DNA of 64,000 nt from an uncultured virus (IMG/VR IMGVR_UViG_2061766007_000524) (lineage: Duplodnaviria; Heunggongvirae; Uroviricota; Caudoviricetes): the IMG/VR virus record IMGVR_UViG_2061766007_000524; one strand, written 5' to 3'. Shown piece after piece: positions 29,673 to 38,060 of the stretch. Made by a program: the position numbers and the translations under genes. How positions within the stretch are numbered: position 1 is the stretch's first letter; each line of letters opens with the position of its first letter. The notes below the pieces were generated by a model. That model had not been told where the DNA came from, did not search any database, and worked only from the letters and a program-made list of their open reading frames with translations.

Positions 29673-30137
29673 TTAATCTCTGTGGATTAGGAATCCACCT
29701 TTTTCTTTAATCTTGTGATATGTGCTTTCAAGATATGATATAGCGCCTGTACAACGTCCATTTTCAAAGTTCTTATGGTCATGACAGTAATTCTTATAAT
29801 AGGTGCAATCGTCCAGAATATCTTCCCAATGGCTTTCTGAATGGTCTCGCCCTTCGCAGATTTCATCATAGAATCTTAGTATCCTATAACGTGCCTGTTT
29901 TGCTCTGTGCGCTCCTTCATCTTCCAGATGTTCTTCAAGTTTCGCACTCACAGCATCCACTTTTTCGTTTGTCTTTGCCGTGTCGTTTTGTAACTCTTTC
30001 TTTAATGCTTCAATACTTTCCTGAGTTTTCTTACGGTTTGATATCACCGTTGGGATTATCCCTATCAGTGCTATCACTATCGGTGCACATGCTGTTAGAA
30101 TGTTCACCAAATCCTTGAGATTCACTGGTATCACCAT
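29673..30137 (-). CDS. Lysis-module membrane protein with coiled coil
   Basis: N-terminal TM, RYRILRFYDEI...YC..H..FEN motif; sits among lysis genes. Confidence 0.6.
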   Translation of the reverse strand: MVIPVNLKDLVNILTACAPIVIALIGIIPTVISNRKKTQESIEALKKELQNDTAKTNEKVDAVSAKLEEHLEDEGAHRAKQARYRILRFYDEICEGRDHSESHWEDILDDCTYYKNYCHDHKNFENGRCTGAISYLESTYHKIKEKGGFLIHRD

Positions 30138-30308
30138 CTTTCATTTGGAATTTTTCGCGCTGGTTTCCTTCTGTTCCCGGTTTTGCTTCCATCGGATGCA
30201 AGGTCTTTTTGTGTTCACAACACCAGCACAATCTTTTCCGCGGTGGCATTGTATCTCCACACTCAGGGCATTTTGGTAAACTATAATCTTTCATGCTATC
30301 ATAATACC

Positions 30309-30659
30309 TTATTTTGACTGTTTTGATAGCGCATTGAATTGCGCTGAATTAAAAAAAGCTTGTGAAATGGCTACAACGCCAGATGTGTCTATACGGTCAT
30401 TCTCAACCAAGTCAAGAATAAACTTTTCCCCATATTCATATATATTATTGGCTTTAGTTTTCCAATAATAAAATCCAGTTGCAGCAGCAACTTCTGCGCT
30501 TGTAGCTGGAATCAATAGATTCATTACTGCAAAATCGACAAATCCGTTCTTCTGGTAGCTCAGATACATCATCAGAAAGCAATACAGAATCACAATCAGA
30601 TTTGTAAACCAAACCAACCAGAAGATTAACTTTGAAAACTCATGGCGCTTACCTTGCAA
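30309..30659 (-). CDS. Two-TM membrane protein, probable holin
   Basis: EFSKLI...two hydrophobic helices...GFYYWKTKANN; adjacent to endolysin. Confidence 0.6.
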   Translation of the reverse strand: MQGKRHEFSKLIFWLVWFTNLIVILYCFLMMYLSYQKNGFVDFAVMNLLIPATSAEVAAATGFYYWKTKANNIYEYGEKFILDLVENDRIDTSGVVAISQAFFNSAQFNALSKQSK

Positions 30660-31377
30660 TCCAAATCACCTGTTTCCATTCGTCCTCGCCGACAACTCCG
30701 GTCTCCGGAAGCCCGACACGTTTTTGAAATGATTGTGTTCGAATCTTTGTCAGTCCACCAAACTCACCATCAGCTCCGTATGGATTCAAATTATATCCCC
30801 ATTGTAACAGGAACATCTGCCATATTCTCACTTCATCCATCGGATGCTGTCCAGCAGACGTTACACCCATAGGATATTCCAGTTTCAGATATTCTCTGAC
30901 TTCTTCTACAGGGAAATCTTCATCTTCTTTCCCGTCATCACTATCAGGATAGCGGAGGACATAATCCCACGGATAATTCCAGTAGTTTTGACTTCTGATT
31001 TCATTCCCCGTCTGGTCTCCCGGTTCCGGATGACCGTCAGTCCCCCTTGCATGAACTATCTTCCCGTCACCAACATACATAGCTGTGTGGTTCGCAACGT
31101 TCAACAGAACGTCACCACGCTTCATTCCAGCACAGTTATTCAGATTTACGTCATTCGTAACATCATAGAATCCGGATTTCAGAAAAGCGTCCAACATATT
31201 GCCCGTGAACGTAGCTCCGTTTTCCTTTACAGGAACTCCGGCCTGTTCGTAAGCGGATATCACCAATGAGCTGCAATCATAATCCGGATTTCCCCATCTA
31301 TCAAATTGTGAATATCCGTGGATGTTGTTATTTGCAATAGACTCTATCCACTTCGCCGCATAATCAGCCTTTGTCAT
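30649..31377 (-). CDS. Endolysin: NlpC/P60-type amidohydrolase plus peptidoglycan-binding domain
   Basis: GYSQ..RWG.PDYDCSSLV, RGDVLLN..NHTAMY; C-terminal GADGEFG..T...FQK..GL..TGVVG. Confidence 0.9.
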   Translation of the reverse strand: MTKADYAAKWIESIANNNIHGYSQFDRWGNPDYDCSSLVISAYEQAGVPVKENGATFTGNMLDAFLKSGFYDVTNDVNLNNCAGMKRGDVLLNVANHTAMYVGDGKIVHARGTDGHPEPGDQTGNEIRSQNYWNYPWDYVLRYPDSDDGKEDEDFPVEEVREYLKLEYPMGVTSAGQHPMDEVRIWQMFLLQWGYNLNPYGADGEFGGLTKIRTQSFQKRVGLPETGVVGEDEWKQVIWIAR

Positions 31378-31573
31378 CTGGTTCCCTCTCTTTCGATTCT
31401 GGCAAGTGATATATTGCCGAACACGTCTTACAATATCCGGGGTCATATTTCCCTATAGAAGGGTATTCCTGTTGGCAGAACATACATGTACGTGTTTCAC
31501 ACGGCCCATGTACGATAACTTCCGGGCAGTTTTCTTTATCAATATCTTCTAAGACCATATTACCACCTTCCAT
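31364..31573 (-). CDS. Small Zn-finger-like hypothetical protein
   Basis: CMFC...CKTC; a similar Cys-rich ORF lies at about 30140..30294. Confidence 0.5.
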   Translation of the reverse strand: MEGGNMVLEDIDKENCPEVIVHGPCETRTCMFCQQEYPSIGKYDPGYCKTCSAIYHLPESKEREPDDKG

Positions 31574-32559
31574 TATGAATATTTCCGATACGAATTTTTG
31601 ACGTTCTGTTTGTCAATGTAAACATACGTCATAGTCGTATCAAGTTTTTCGTGTCCCATAACATCTGCCACTTCCTGTATAGGCATCCCATGGTCTATCA
31701 GCGTTGTCGCAAATGTTCTGCGGAACCTATGAGGATATACCTTTTCTACGCCAGCAAAATCCGCAATCTGATGTAGTCTCTTTCTCATGCCGCCCGGATG
31801 GAGACGTTCAGTTCCTTTTCCAACAAACAGAGCTTCGCACTTGTCTGTCCTGCTGTCCAAATACTTTTGTAGCTGCATGGCTGCAACGTCATCTATAAAG
31901 ACGGTTCTTTCTTTATTGCCTTTACCTAACACGGTGCATTCTTTATTTTGAAAGTCAATATCTTCACGGTTCAAATTGAACACTTCGCTGATTCTGCATC
32001 CTGTGGCAAGCAGGAAAGATACGATTGCTTTGTCTCTGAGCGTTGTGCAGTTTTCTTTGAGCCGTTCAATATCAACTGTACTATACGGTTTTTTAACTTC
32101 TTTTTTACATTTTATTGGATTAAGGTTTGAGCAAGGGTCAGATTTCAATAGTCCTTCATCGTGCAGCCAGCCAAAGAATGATTTAAAAACATCACGGTTT
32201 CCTCTCAAAGTCCTGTCAGAAATTCCACGGTCTTTTTCTCTTGCGAGGTACTGCCTGAGATTATAAACAGTAATTTCCCTAATAGGTGTATTATCATACG
32301 CTCTGTACCGATTAAGAATATACTTATATCTCTCTAACGTTTTCTCTGAGCGCCCTTCTATCCTTTTGGATTCCAAAAAGACTTTCAGCATTTCTTCAAA
32401 ATCTTTTTGTGTATCTTCATCGGGTCTACGTTCCAAATCGTACTTAGGCAATTGGCACTCCAAGGATTCGAGAACCGTTTCAATGTCCTTCAATGTCAGC
32501 TTGTCTTTCAGATGTTCTCTCAATTCATCCGAAAATCTTTTCTTTGCAATCATTGACAT
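31573..32559 (-). CDS. Tyrosine recombinase (XerD-like)
   Basis: TGCRISE, GKGNKER, HRFRRTFAT, MGHEKLDTT.TY. Confidence 0.95.
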   Translation of the reverse strand: MSMIAKKRFSDELREHLKDKLTLKDIETVLESLECQLPKYDLERRPDEDTQKDFEEMLKVFLESKRIEGRSEKTLERYKYILNRYRAYDNTPIREITVYNLRQYLAREKDRGISDRTLRGNRDVFKSFFGWLHDEGLLKSDPCSNLNPIKCKKEVKKPYSTVDIERLKENCTTLRDKAIVSFLLATGCRISEVFNLNREDIDFQNKECTVLGKGNKERTVFIDDVAAMQLQKYLDSRTDKCEALFVGKGTERLHPGGMRKRLHQIADFAGVEKVYPHRFRRTFATTLIDHGMPIQEVADVMGHEKLDTTMTYVYIDKQNVKNSYRKYS

Positions 32560-32582
32560 ATTTCGTCACCACCTTGTAACAT

Positions 32583-32655
32583 ATTATATACCCTTTTGTG
32601 TATATATGTCAATACCCAAAAATGTATTGACCGGAAAAATTTTTTGGTGTATAAT
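32583..32655. promoter_or_regulatory. Divergent sigma-A promoters with candidate ATAC-N8-GTAT operators
   Basis: + strand TTGACC(32627)-17-TATAAT(32650); - strand TTGACA...TATAAT (32612 to 32583); ATACCCTTTTGTGTAT and ATACCCAAAAATGTAT. Confidence 0.7.
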
Positions 32656-32676
32656 ACGTTAAAGGTGGTGATTCGT

Positions 32677-32880
32677 TTGATTGTGTTTCACAACATTCTG
32701 GAAAAGCTGTCAGAACACGGTTGGAGCCAATATAGGCTAATCAAGGAAAACCAACTTGGCAACAGTACGGTGCAACGGTTAAGGTTTGGCAAGCCGATAA
32801 ACACGGAAACAATTGATAAAGTTTGTGAGCTATGCGATTGCCAGCCGGGGGACCTTATGCACTACGAGAAACGGGAGTAG
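32677..32880 (+). CDS. Cro/C1-type HTH transcriptional regulator
   Basis: LSEHGWSQYRL...NSTVQRLR.GK.INTETIDKVCELCDCQPGDLMHY; TTG start after AAGGTGGTG. Confidence 0.88.
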   Translation: MIVFHNILEKLSEHGWSQYRLIKENQLGNSTVQRLRFGKPINTETIDKVCELCDCQPGDLMHYEKRE

Positions 32881-32894
32881 AAATACTCCTGTTT

Positions 32895-33130
32895 TTTATT
32901 GGCGGTTGTAAACAACATAAAGCCATATAGACCGTATGTTTCAAACTGAGCCGCTACCAGTTTATAAAATAATAAACCAACATTTTTAACCGTTAAACTA
33001 ACTCCAAAGATACGGTCAACGCCGTCTCGGAGTGGCAGTCGCTCGACCACTACCATCTTTGATTTATTGGCGGTTGTAAAACTACGCTCGGTGTAGACAC
33101 CAAACATTTGTAACTGAGCCGCCGCAGTTT
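32895..33130 (-). repeat. Two ~68-nt direct repeats with conserved ends and variable hairpin core, flanking a three-way-junction element; probable structured RNA
   Basis: TTTATTGGCGGTTGTAAA ... AACTGAGCCGC..CAGTTT at 32895-32963 and 33063-33130; CAAAGAT/ATCTTTG-closed element at 33005-33061. Confidence 0.7.
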
Positions 33131-33160
33131 GTGCAAATTTTCGTAACTTAAGGTGTCCTT

Positions 33161-33538
33161 TTACTTGTTCATCGTGCCAAGTACACCACGTTCTGCCCTG
33201 TCTTCCGCTCTCTTGTTCATCCACATCAGAGCTTCTTCGATGTGCGTCAAAGCACATGCGTTCTCTCTGGTGGCATACGGGCCAGCCTGAAATGCCTTGA
33301 GCCGGTCACGAACAATCTCAAGCAGATCTCCGTCCAGAACGCCATGCTGTGCATCAGGATCTTTGCGCGGGCCTTTTTGGAACTGAATCACGATCAGGGG
33401 GTTTCCGTTTTCAGGATCGTCATCCGCTGCATAAATATCGTACTCATGGTATGCTCCACCCGGCCCGATCTGTCCATCACGGTATACCGCATTGAGGTTG
33501 TTGCGCTTCTGGATTGTTGACAATTTCTGTTCGCTCAT
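33161..33538 (-). CDS. tad1: Tad1-family anti-defence sponge protein (anti-Thoeris / anti-CBASS)
   Basis: LSTIQKR..LN.V...[15 protein letters not shown]...[48 protein letters not shown] closely match the Clostridium botulinum prophage Tad1 sequence as I recall it. Confidence 0.88.
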   Translation of the reverse strand: MSEQKLSTIQKRNNLNAVYRDGQIGPGGAYHEYDIYAADDDPENGNPLIVIQFQKGPRKDPDAQHGVLDGDLLEIVRDRLKAFQAGPYATRENACALTHIEEALMWMNKRAEDRAERGVLGTMNK

Positions 33539-33579
33539 ATTATTCCCTTTCTTTCTCAGTTAAGTAAGGTGTCCCATTT

Positions 33580-33747
33580 TTAAGTCACTTTCAGATAGTT
33601 GTTGAGCTTGTCTGTCAGCTCTTCCGGCGTGATGTTCTGGACAGCGACACCATACCGTGACGGTTTTACATTATCTGCCGGAAGCTCCAGAGCTTTTGCC
33701 ACGATTGCACACAGCTCCTTGCTCGACAGATTGATCGTCATTGTCAT
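33580..33747 (-). CDS. Small hypothetical protein, 55 aa (not in ORF track)
   Basis: MTMTINLSSKELCAIVAKALELPADNVK...; start overlaps the XkdX stop. Confidence 0.55.
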   Translation of the reverse strand: MTMTINLSSKELCAIVAKALELPADNVKPSRYGVAVQNITPEELTDKLNNYLKVT

Positions 33748-33884
33748 GCGGTGTAGACCTCACCGGTGATAAGCTCGTACTCAGCGGCGGTAATCCACCC
33801 CTTGACTACGGCGTTATGCACCATCTCTTTGTTCCACAGGCCACTGTCGTAATACCTTTTCACAAGGTTAAACTTCTTACTCAT
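33744..33884 (-). CDS. XkdX-family protein, 46 aa (not in ORF track)
   Basis: MSKKFNLVKRYYDSGLWNKEMVHNAVVKGWITAAEYELITGEVY. Confidence 0.88.
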   Translation of the reverse strand: MSKKFNLVKRYYDSGLWNKEMVHNAVVKGWITAAEYELITGEVYTA

Positions 33885-34038
33885 CGTCCTGTTCCTCCTC
33901 TGTCGGAATTTCAATGTCGGACATCATAGAGATGTAGTCAATATTTGCAGCATTCCGAAATGCCGCGGCTTCTGCGTTATCAAGTCTCGCACGTTCAGTA
34001 GGACTCATTCCTCTGTTAATAATAATTTGCATTACCAT
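33877..34038 (-). CDS. Small tail-fibre-associated protein, 53 aa (not in ORF track)
   Basis: ...NAANIDYISMMSDIEIP, typical of the gene preceding XkdX. Confidence 0.6.
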   Translation of the reverse strand: MVMQIIINRGMSPTERARLDNAEAAAFRNAANIDYISMMSDIEIPTEEEQDDE

Positions 34039-35075
34039 TACCCCCATAAATTAAGATAATAGGCATCCATTCTTTGAAGCAAACGATACGAGTTGCCCTT
34101 GCTGGCATGGTTACGCCATGCTGCATAGGATTCATCCACCTTTTCTCGTGGAAGTCCACCTCGTTTGGACTTTGCTACAAGCCTGCGGAGTTTTCTCCGT
34201 TCGCGCTTCACATTGTCTGAACGGACTGTCAGGACAACTTTCCCGGTTTCTGTCAACTGATAATGAAAGCCAAGAAAGTCAATCCCCTCTGACAGTGGGT
34301 ATATTCTTGTTTTCTTCGGATTCAATTCAAACCCAAGATTGTCAAGATATACTTCTATTTCGCTCTTGCAATATTCCAGATACTCTTTATCATCACTGAT
34401 AATCATAAAATCGTCCATGTATCGGATATAGAGTTTCGCGTGAAGCTGCTCTTTAACAAAGTGGTCAAACTTGTCCAGAACAGATATGCCTGCGATTTGG
34501 ATGAGCTGACTGCCGGGATTATAGCCTTTGTCCCCTCCGTACTGCTCGTGCAGTATGCGTTCTACAAAGCCATAAACATCCGGAGTTAATCTCTCCGCGA
34601 AAAGTTTTTCTGTTACTTCATGGCTCATGTTGGGGTAATAACCATGTATGTCGAACTGCGCTACATAGCCGACATGACCATGTTTTCTAAAGTGTTTGCG
34701 CAAAAATTCTTTTAACCTGTCTCTTGCCTTATCTGTCCCCTTACCCTTCTGGCAAGCATAATTGTCATATATAAAACTTCTGCTCATGACCGGATATACT
34801 GCATTGTCATTCAGACTCCTCTGAAAAACTCTGTCTCTGAAAGAGATACTTGCTATTTCTCTTGGCTTTGGAGAACTTATTGTAAAGCGGACAGGTGGTC
34901 TTGCTTTATACGTCCCATTGTGTAGCTCATCACACAGTTTCATAACTTTTTCGACGCCGTTTAAGGTAAAAGATGCAACGCTGTCTTTCCAGACAACTCC
35001 TTTTCTGCATTTACACATGGATTCATACAAAGGATCAAAACCTATGATGATATCTAAAAAGATGTCTGTGTTCAT
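34038..35075 (-). CDS. DGR reverse transcriptase
   Basis: KPREI..ISFRDRVFQ, YACQKGKGT, FDIHGYY, GYNPGSQLIQ (DGR-type SQ motif), YIRYMDDF, GIDFLGF. Confidence 0.95.
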   Translation of the reverse strand: MNTDIFLDIIIGFDPLYESMCKCRKGVVWKDSVASFTLNGVEKVMKLCDELHNGTYKARPPVRFTISSPKPREIASISFRDRVFQRSLNDNAVYPVMSRSFIYDNYACQKGKGTDKARDRLKEFLRKHFRKHGHVGYVAQFDIHGYYPNMSHEVTEKLFAERLTPDVYGFVERILHEQYGGDKGYNPGSQLIQIAGISVLDKFDHFVKEQLHAKLYIRYMDDFMIISDDKEYLEYCKSEIEVYLDNLGFELNPKKTRIYPLSEGIDFLGFHYQLTETGKVVLTVRSDNVKRERRKLRRLVAKSKRGGLPREKVDESYAAWRNHASKGNSYRLLQRMDAYYLNLWG

Positions 35076-35201
35076 AGTTCAACCGGCTCCTCAAAGTCGT
35101 GCACATCACAGATTAATTATTCGCCTTTCGGCTGGGGGTTCGGCTCCTTGCGTCAAAGATTGGCTCGTACTATCCTACGGAAAGCCTTTTCTGAGCCATT
35201 G

Positions 35202-35331
35202 GATGAAGCAATCGGGACACCCGCGATTCGCGTTCGTGGCGTTGTTGTTGTTGGCGTTGCCTGACGTGTTGACATTCCAGACATTGTTCGCGTTCGAACG
35301 ATTGGCAGAACGCAGACGGCAGTTCTGAGCG
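35202..35331 (-). repeat. DGR template repeat (TR)
   Basis: AAC/AAT-rich copy of the 3' end of the target gene: CGCTCAG AAC TGC CGT CTG CGT TCT GCC AAT CGT TCG AAC GCG AAC AAT GTC ... AAT CGC GGG TGT CCC GAT TGC. Confidence 0.95.
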
Positions 35332-35353
35332 TATAGCCTACACCCCATATTTT

Positions 35354-35767
35354 TTAGTTGAAGTCGGCGTATCTTTTCTTGTCAGAAGACCGCCAACCCC
35401 TTATCAGGTTTCTCGTGTCAATTACCAAACCAGACCAGTACGTTACGCGCCGGGTTTCAAGATGGAATATCTTCTTCGCAATCTCAATCAAGCTCAGAAG
35501 AACATTGCACTGTATCGCGGCTTTATCCTGATAACGGATTCTTTCATTGTAATCGTACTCACTGTCTACCTTGATGTTGTTCGCGCTCCAGCACAGCGTA
35601 TGGATAGTGACTGCGGCTTCAATAATTCTGTTCGTCAATGCTTCCTGATACTGTGTCATAAATATCTTTTTGTTTGCCGTTATCTGCAATGTATAACAGC
35701 ACAGATCGTGCGCTTTGACACAGGCTTCCAGTTTTCCATGAGTTCTCTGATTTACCGGAACTGACAT
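35354..35767 (-). CDS. avd: DGR accessory variability determinant (Avd-like four-helix bundle)
   Basis: 137-aa helical protein between target and TR; ANNI...ER..YQ..A, YW..L....RNLI.GW..SDKKRY. Confidence 0.85.
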   Translation of the reverse strand: MSVPVNQRTHGKLEACVKAHDLCCYTLQITANKKIFMTQYQEALTNRIIEAAVTIHTLCWSANNIKVDSEYDYNERIRYQDKAAIQCNVLLSLIEIAKKIFHLETRRVTYWSGLVIDTRNLIRGWRSSDKKRYADFN

Positions 35768-35781
35768 ATTACCTTCCTTTG

Positions 35782-35805
35782 TCGGCGCTCGCGTGGCGGC
35801 GCCGA
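35782..35805 (-). promoter_or_regulatory. GC-rich hairpin downstream of VR (DGR target-recognition hairpin candidate)
   Basis: TCGGCGC-T-CGC-GTG-GCG-GCGCCGA, 7 nt past the target stop codon. Confidence 0.7.
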
Positions 35806-35812
35806 TGAGAGA

Positions 35813-36987
35813 TTAGCAGATGACGCAAGCGGGACACCCGCGATNNNNNNNNNNNNNNNNNNNNAGACATTGGTCGCGCTCGAACGACTGGCAGAACGCA
35901 GACGGCAGGACTGAGCGGATGTACGCGCATCATACGCATAGCGGATATGATTGACATTCGCTCCATCACTTCCCGTTACCTGCGGGGAGTTCAGCCCAAG
36001 TCGTTCTTTCCAGTAAGGCCAGTACGCTCCCTCAACTCCAGATGCCTGTGGCACAATATACTCTTGTTCCAAAGACGGCAGGAAGAACGTGTCATAGGTA
36101 TCTTCGCTTGTGCCGATTTCACTATCTGACGTGGTATTCAGAGCAGTCGTGACCTTAATCTTGCCAAGGACGGAGAGGAAGTCTGACTCAAACCCTTTCA
36201 TGAATCCAGTAAGCGTTGCAAGTTGCTGTGCGGGTCTATCCGCATTGTCGCTTGCTGTCCACCACCGACCATCGACAGCATCACTGTTAAGATACTTGCG
36301 CATTGAGCTGAATTTCCAACGATTATAACCGTATCCGCAGGATTGCAGATTACCTTCACCATTTGCATTGTATTTTGCGGCTGTTGAAAGCGTAAACAGC
36401 GGAGTGCCGCTTTCAACCGTTGTGACAACAAGATTGCTTTCCAGCGCAGTCGTACTACCAACAGTACCAAATGTGAATACACGCCAATTTGAGATTTCTT
36501 GGTCGGGAGCGCCCCATGTGTAGAAATCATTGTTCTTACCGATTACGATTTGACCGCCAGCAGGGATTTCCTGTGTAGTCGTGAACTGGTAATATCCGGC
36601 AACGGCCTTACTCCATGTCGTTGTAATTTGGAAGACGTAAGTCCCAGCCGGAAGTGCTTCTGCACAATAATACGCCGCTCTGGAAGCGCCAAACTGTACG
36701 CCGTCCATAGCATAATGGCTTTGCAGCCAAAGACCGGGAACAGGAGTGCTTTCTCCGAATTTCAGAACATTGTCAAATGAAACGACATCGAACGGGAGCT
36801 TGTGCACGGTTTCGCCTTTTGTCCAGTTAATTTCCAGTTGATCGCCAATCTGAAAATATTCCTGCGCAAGGCCACGTTTTACAACTTCTTGAATCTGCCC
36901 CCAGTTGTCAAAAACCTGTCCTCTGACAAGGACGTGCAGAAGGTCAACACCCTCTCTCAATGTCGCTTCTGTCGCTACTTTACCCAT
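35813..36987 (-). CDS. DGR target protein, putative receptor-binding tail protein with C-terminal C-type-lectin-like (DUF6273-like) domain
   Basis: GYNRWKFSSMRKYLNS, DTFFLPS.EQ, CRLRSA; the TR frame gives ...RGCPACVIC-stop at 35813, so the ORF-track end at 35752 is a gap artefact. Confidence 0.88.
35819..35917 (-). repeat. DGR variable repeat (VR), centre lost in an N gap
   Basis: Visible mismatches to TR: AAC>TCC, AAT>AGT, AAC>AGC, AAC>ACC, GAT>GCT (all at TR adenines) and one T>G at the 3' end (IMH/IMH*). Confidence 0.93.
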
Positions 36988-37005
36988 TGTTTACATCCTT
37001 TCTTT

Positions 37006-38060
37006 TTATTCATCATCCACTTGGCACAGGTCGCCGTTTTCATCCAGATAAAAGCCAAGGTGGTAGATAGCATCTTCTTCACTGCCGGACTGTAAGGCGC
37101 TCTTTAAATCCCCAACGTCATTGGCAAGTTTTACCTGTTCCCAATGCGCTGCTGTCCATGTTTCTGATGTTGGAATATCCTGTTTTGCGCGATACAGGTT
37201 CCCGTCTTTCATTACATAAGTGCCAGCAGTAATTGTGCTTGTTCTGGTGTCGCTGTATTTGCTTGCAATAACATTATTCAGATTTGATTCTACTTGTTCA
37301 TCGTATTTGTCTTTGAAATGCGAAAGGCCATTCTCATCTAAAAATGCCATAAATTTATTCCCCCTTTCATATTAGAAAAGTGCGTTAATCTGCGCTGTCG
37401 TAATAGTCGGGAATAATGGCATAATCCAGTTTTCGCCGTCCCAAGCATATTGTGCATTGTTTTCGTCAGTAACAGTATAAAGGTCTCCTACTGTTGCATC
37501 GTCCGGCAATGCCGTTTTTGTCGCTACACTTCCTTTATAATCATATCCGGGAAGTATCTGGTTTATTTTTTCTTCGAGGTTTTCAATCCTTCCATCAGCA
37601 GTAGCGCTTGCTTTTTTCATTACTGCAAGGATGGTCATAGCATCTCTTGGTAACATGTTTATGCCCCCCTATCAGTCTTGTGGAATCCACTGACCTGTTG
37701 CTTCGTCGAAAGCATAAATCTTATGTTCTCCTTCGTTGTCAATGTTGTACCAAAATGCTGGCTCATTAACGTCCGTAGGCTTTTGCTCTGTAGATTTCCC
37801 ATAGAATGTCCCGTCAATGTAAGTCATTTTTCAGCAATCCTTTCTACTTTTATTATACCAAAACGGTCAAGGAAATTTTTTTAGAACATAGCATCAATCT
37901 GAGCGTTTGTAATTGTATCTTGCAGTTTTGCCCCTATCGTGCCCTGTTCGTATGTTTCTTCATCGTCATAGGCGATATTTGCGTTGAGAACAACTATGCC
38001 AGTCATTCCGTTAACGCTGCTTACAAGCGGTCTCACCTGTGCATTAGTACGTCCAAGCAT
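37006..38060 (-). CDS. Four small tail-associated proteins (37006..37350, 37372..37656, 37672..37827, 37881..38060)
   Basis: FLDENGLSHF, WTAAHWEQV carbohydrate-binding-like motif, YDYKGSVAT, shared C-terminal TIT.AQI.A.F. Confidence 0.65.

Noticed and set aside
20366..32559. Prophage boundaries, att sites or a shufflon linked to either recombinase
   Set aside because: No host genes, no att-like repeat pair and no inverted cassette series were seen
34038..35075. RT as a group II intron maturase or retron
   Set aside because: It is short, has the DGR-type SQ motif, and sits with avd and an adenine-specific TR/VR pair
35752..35845. ORF-track C-terminus IAGVPLASS...ICQFR of the DGR target
   Set aside because: The frame is shifted by the 20-N gap; the TR frame gives RGCPACVIC-stop at 35813
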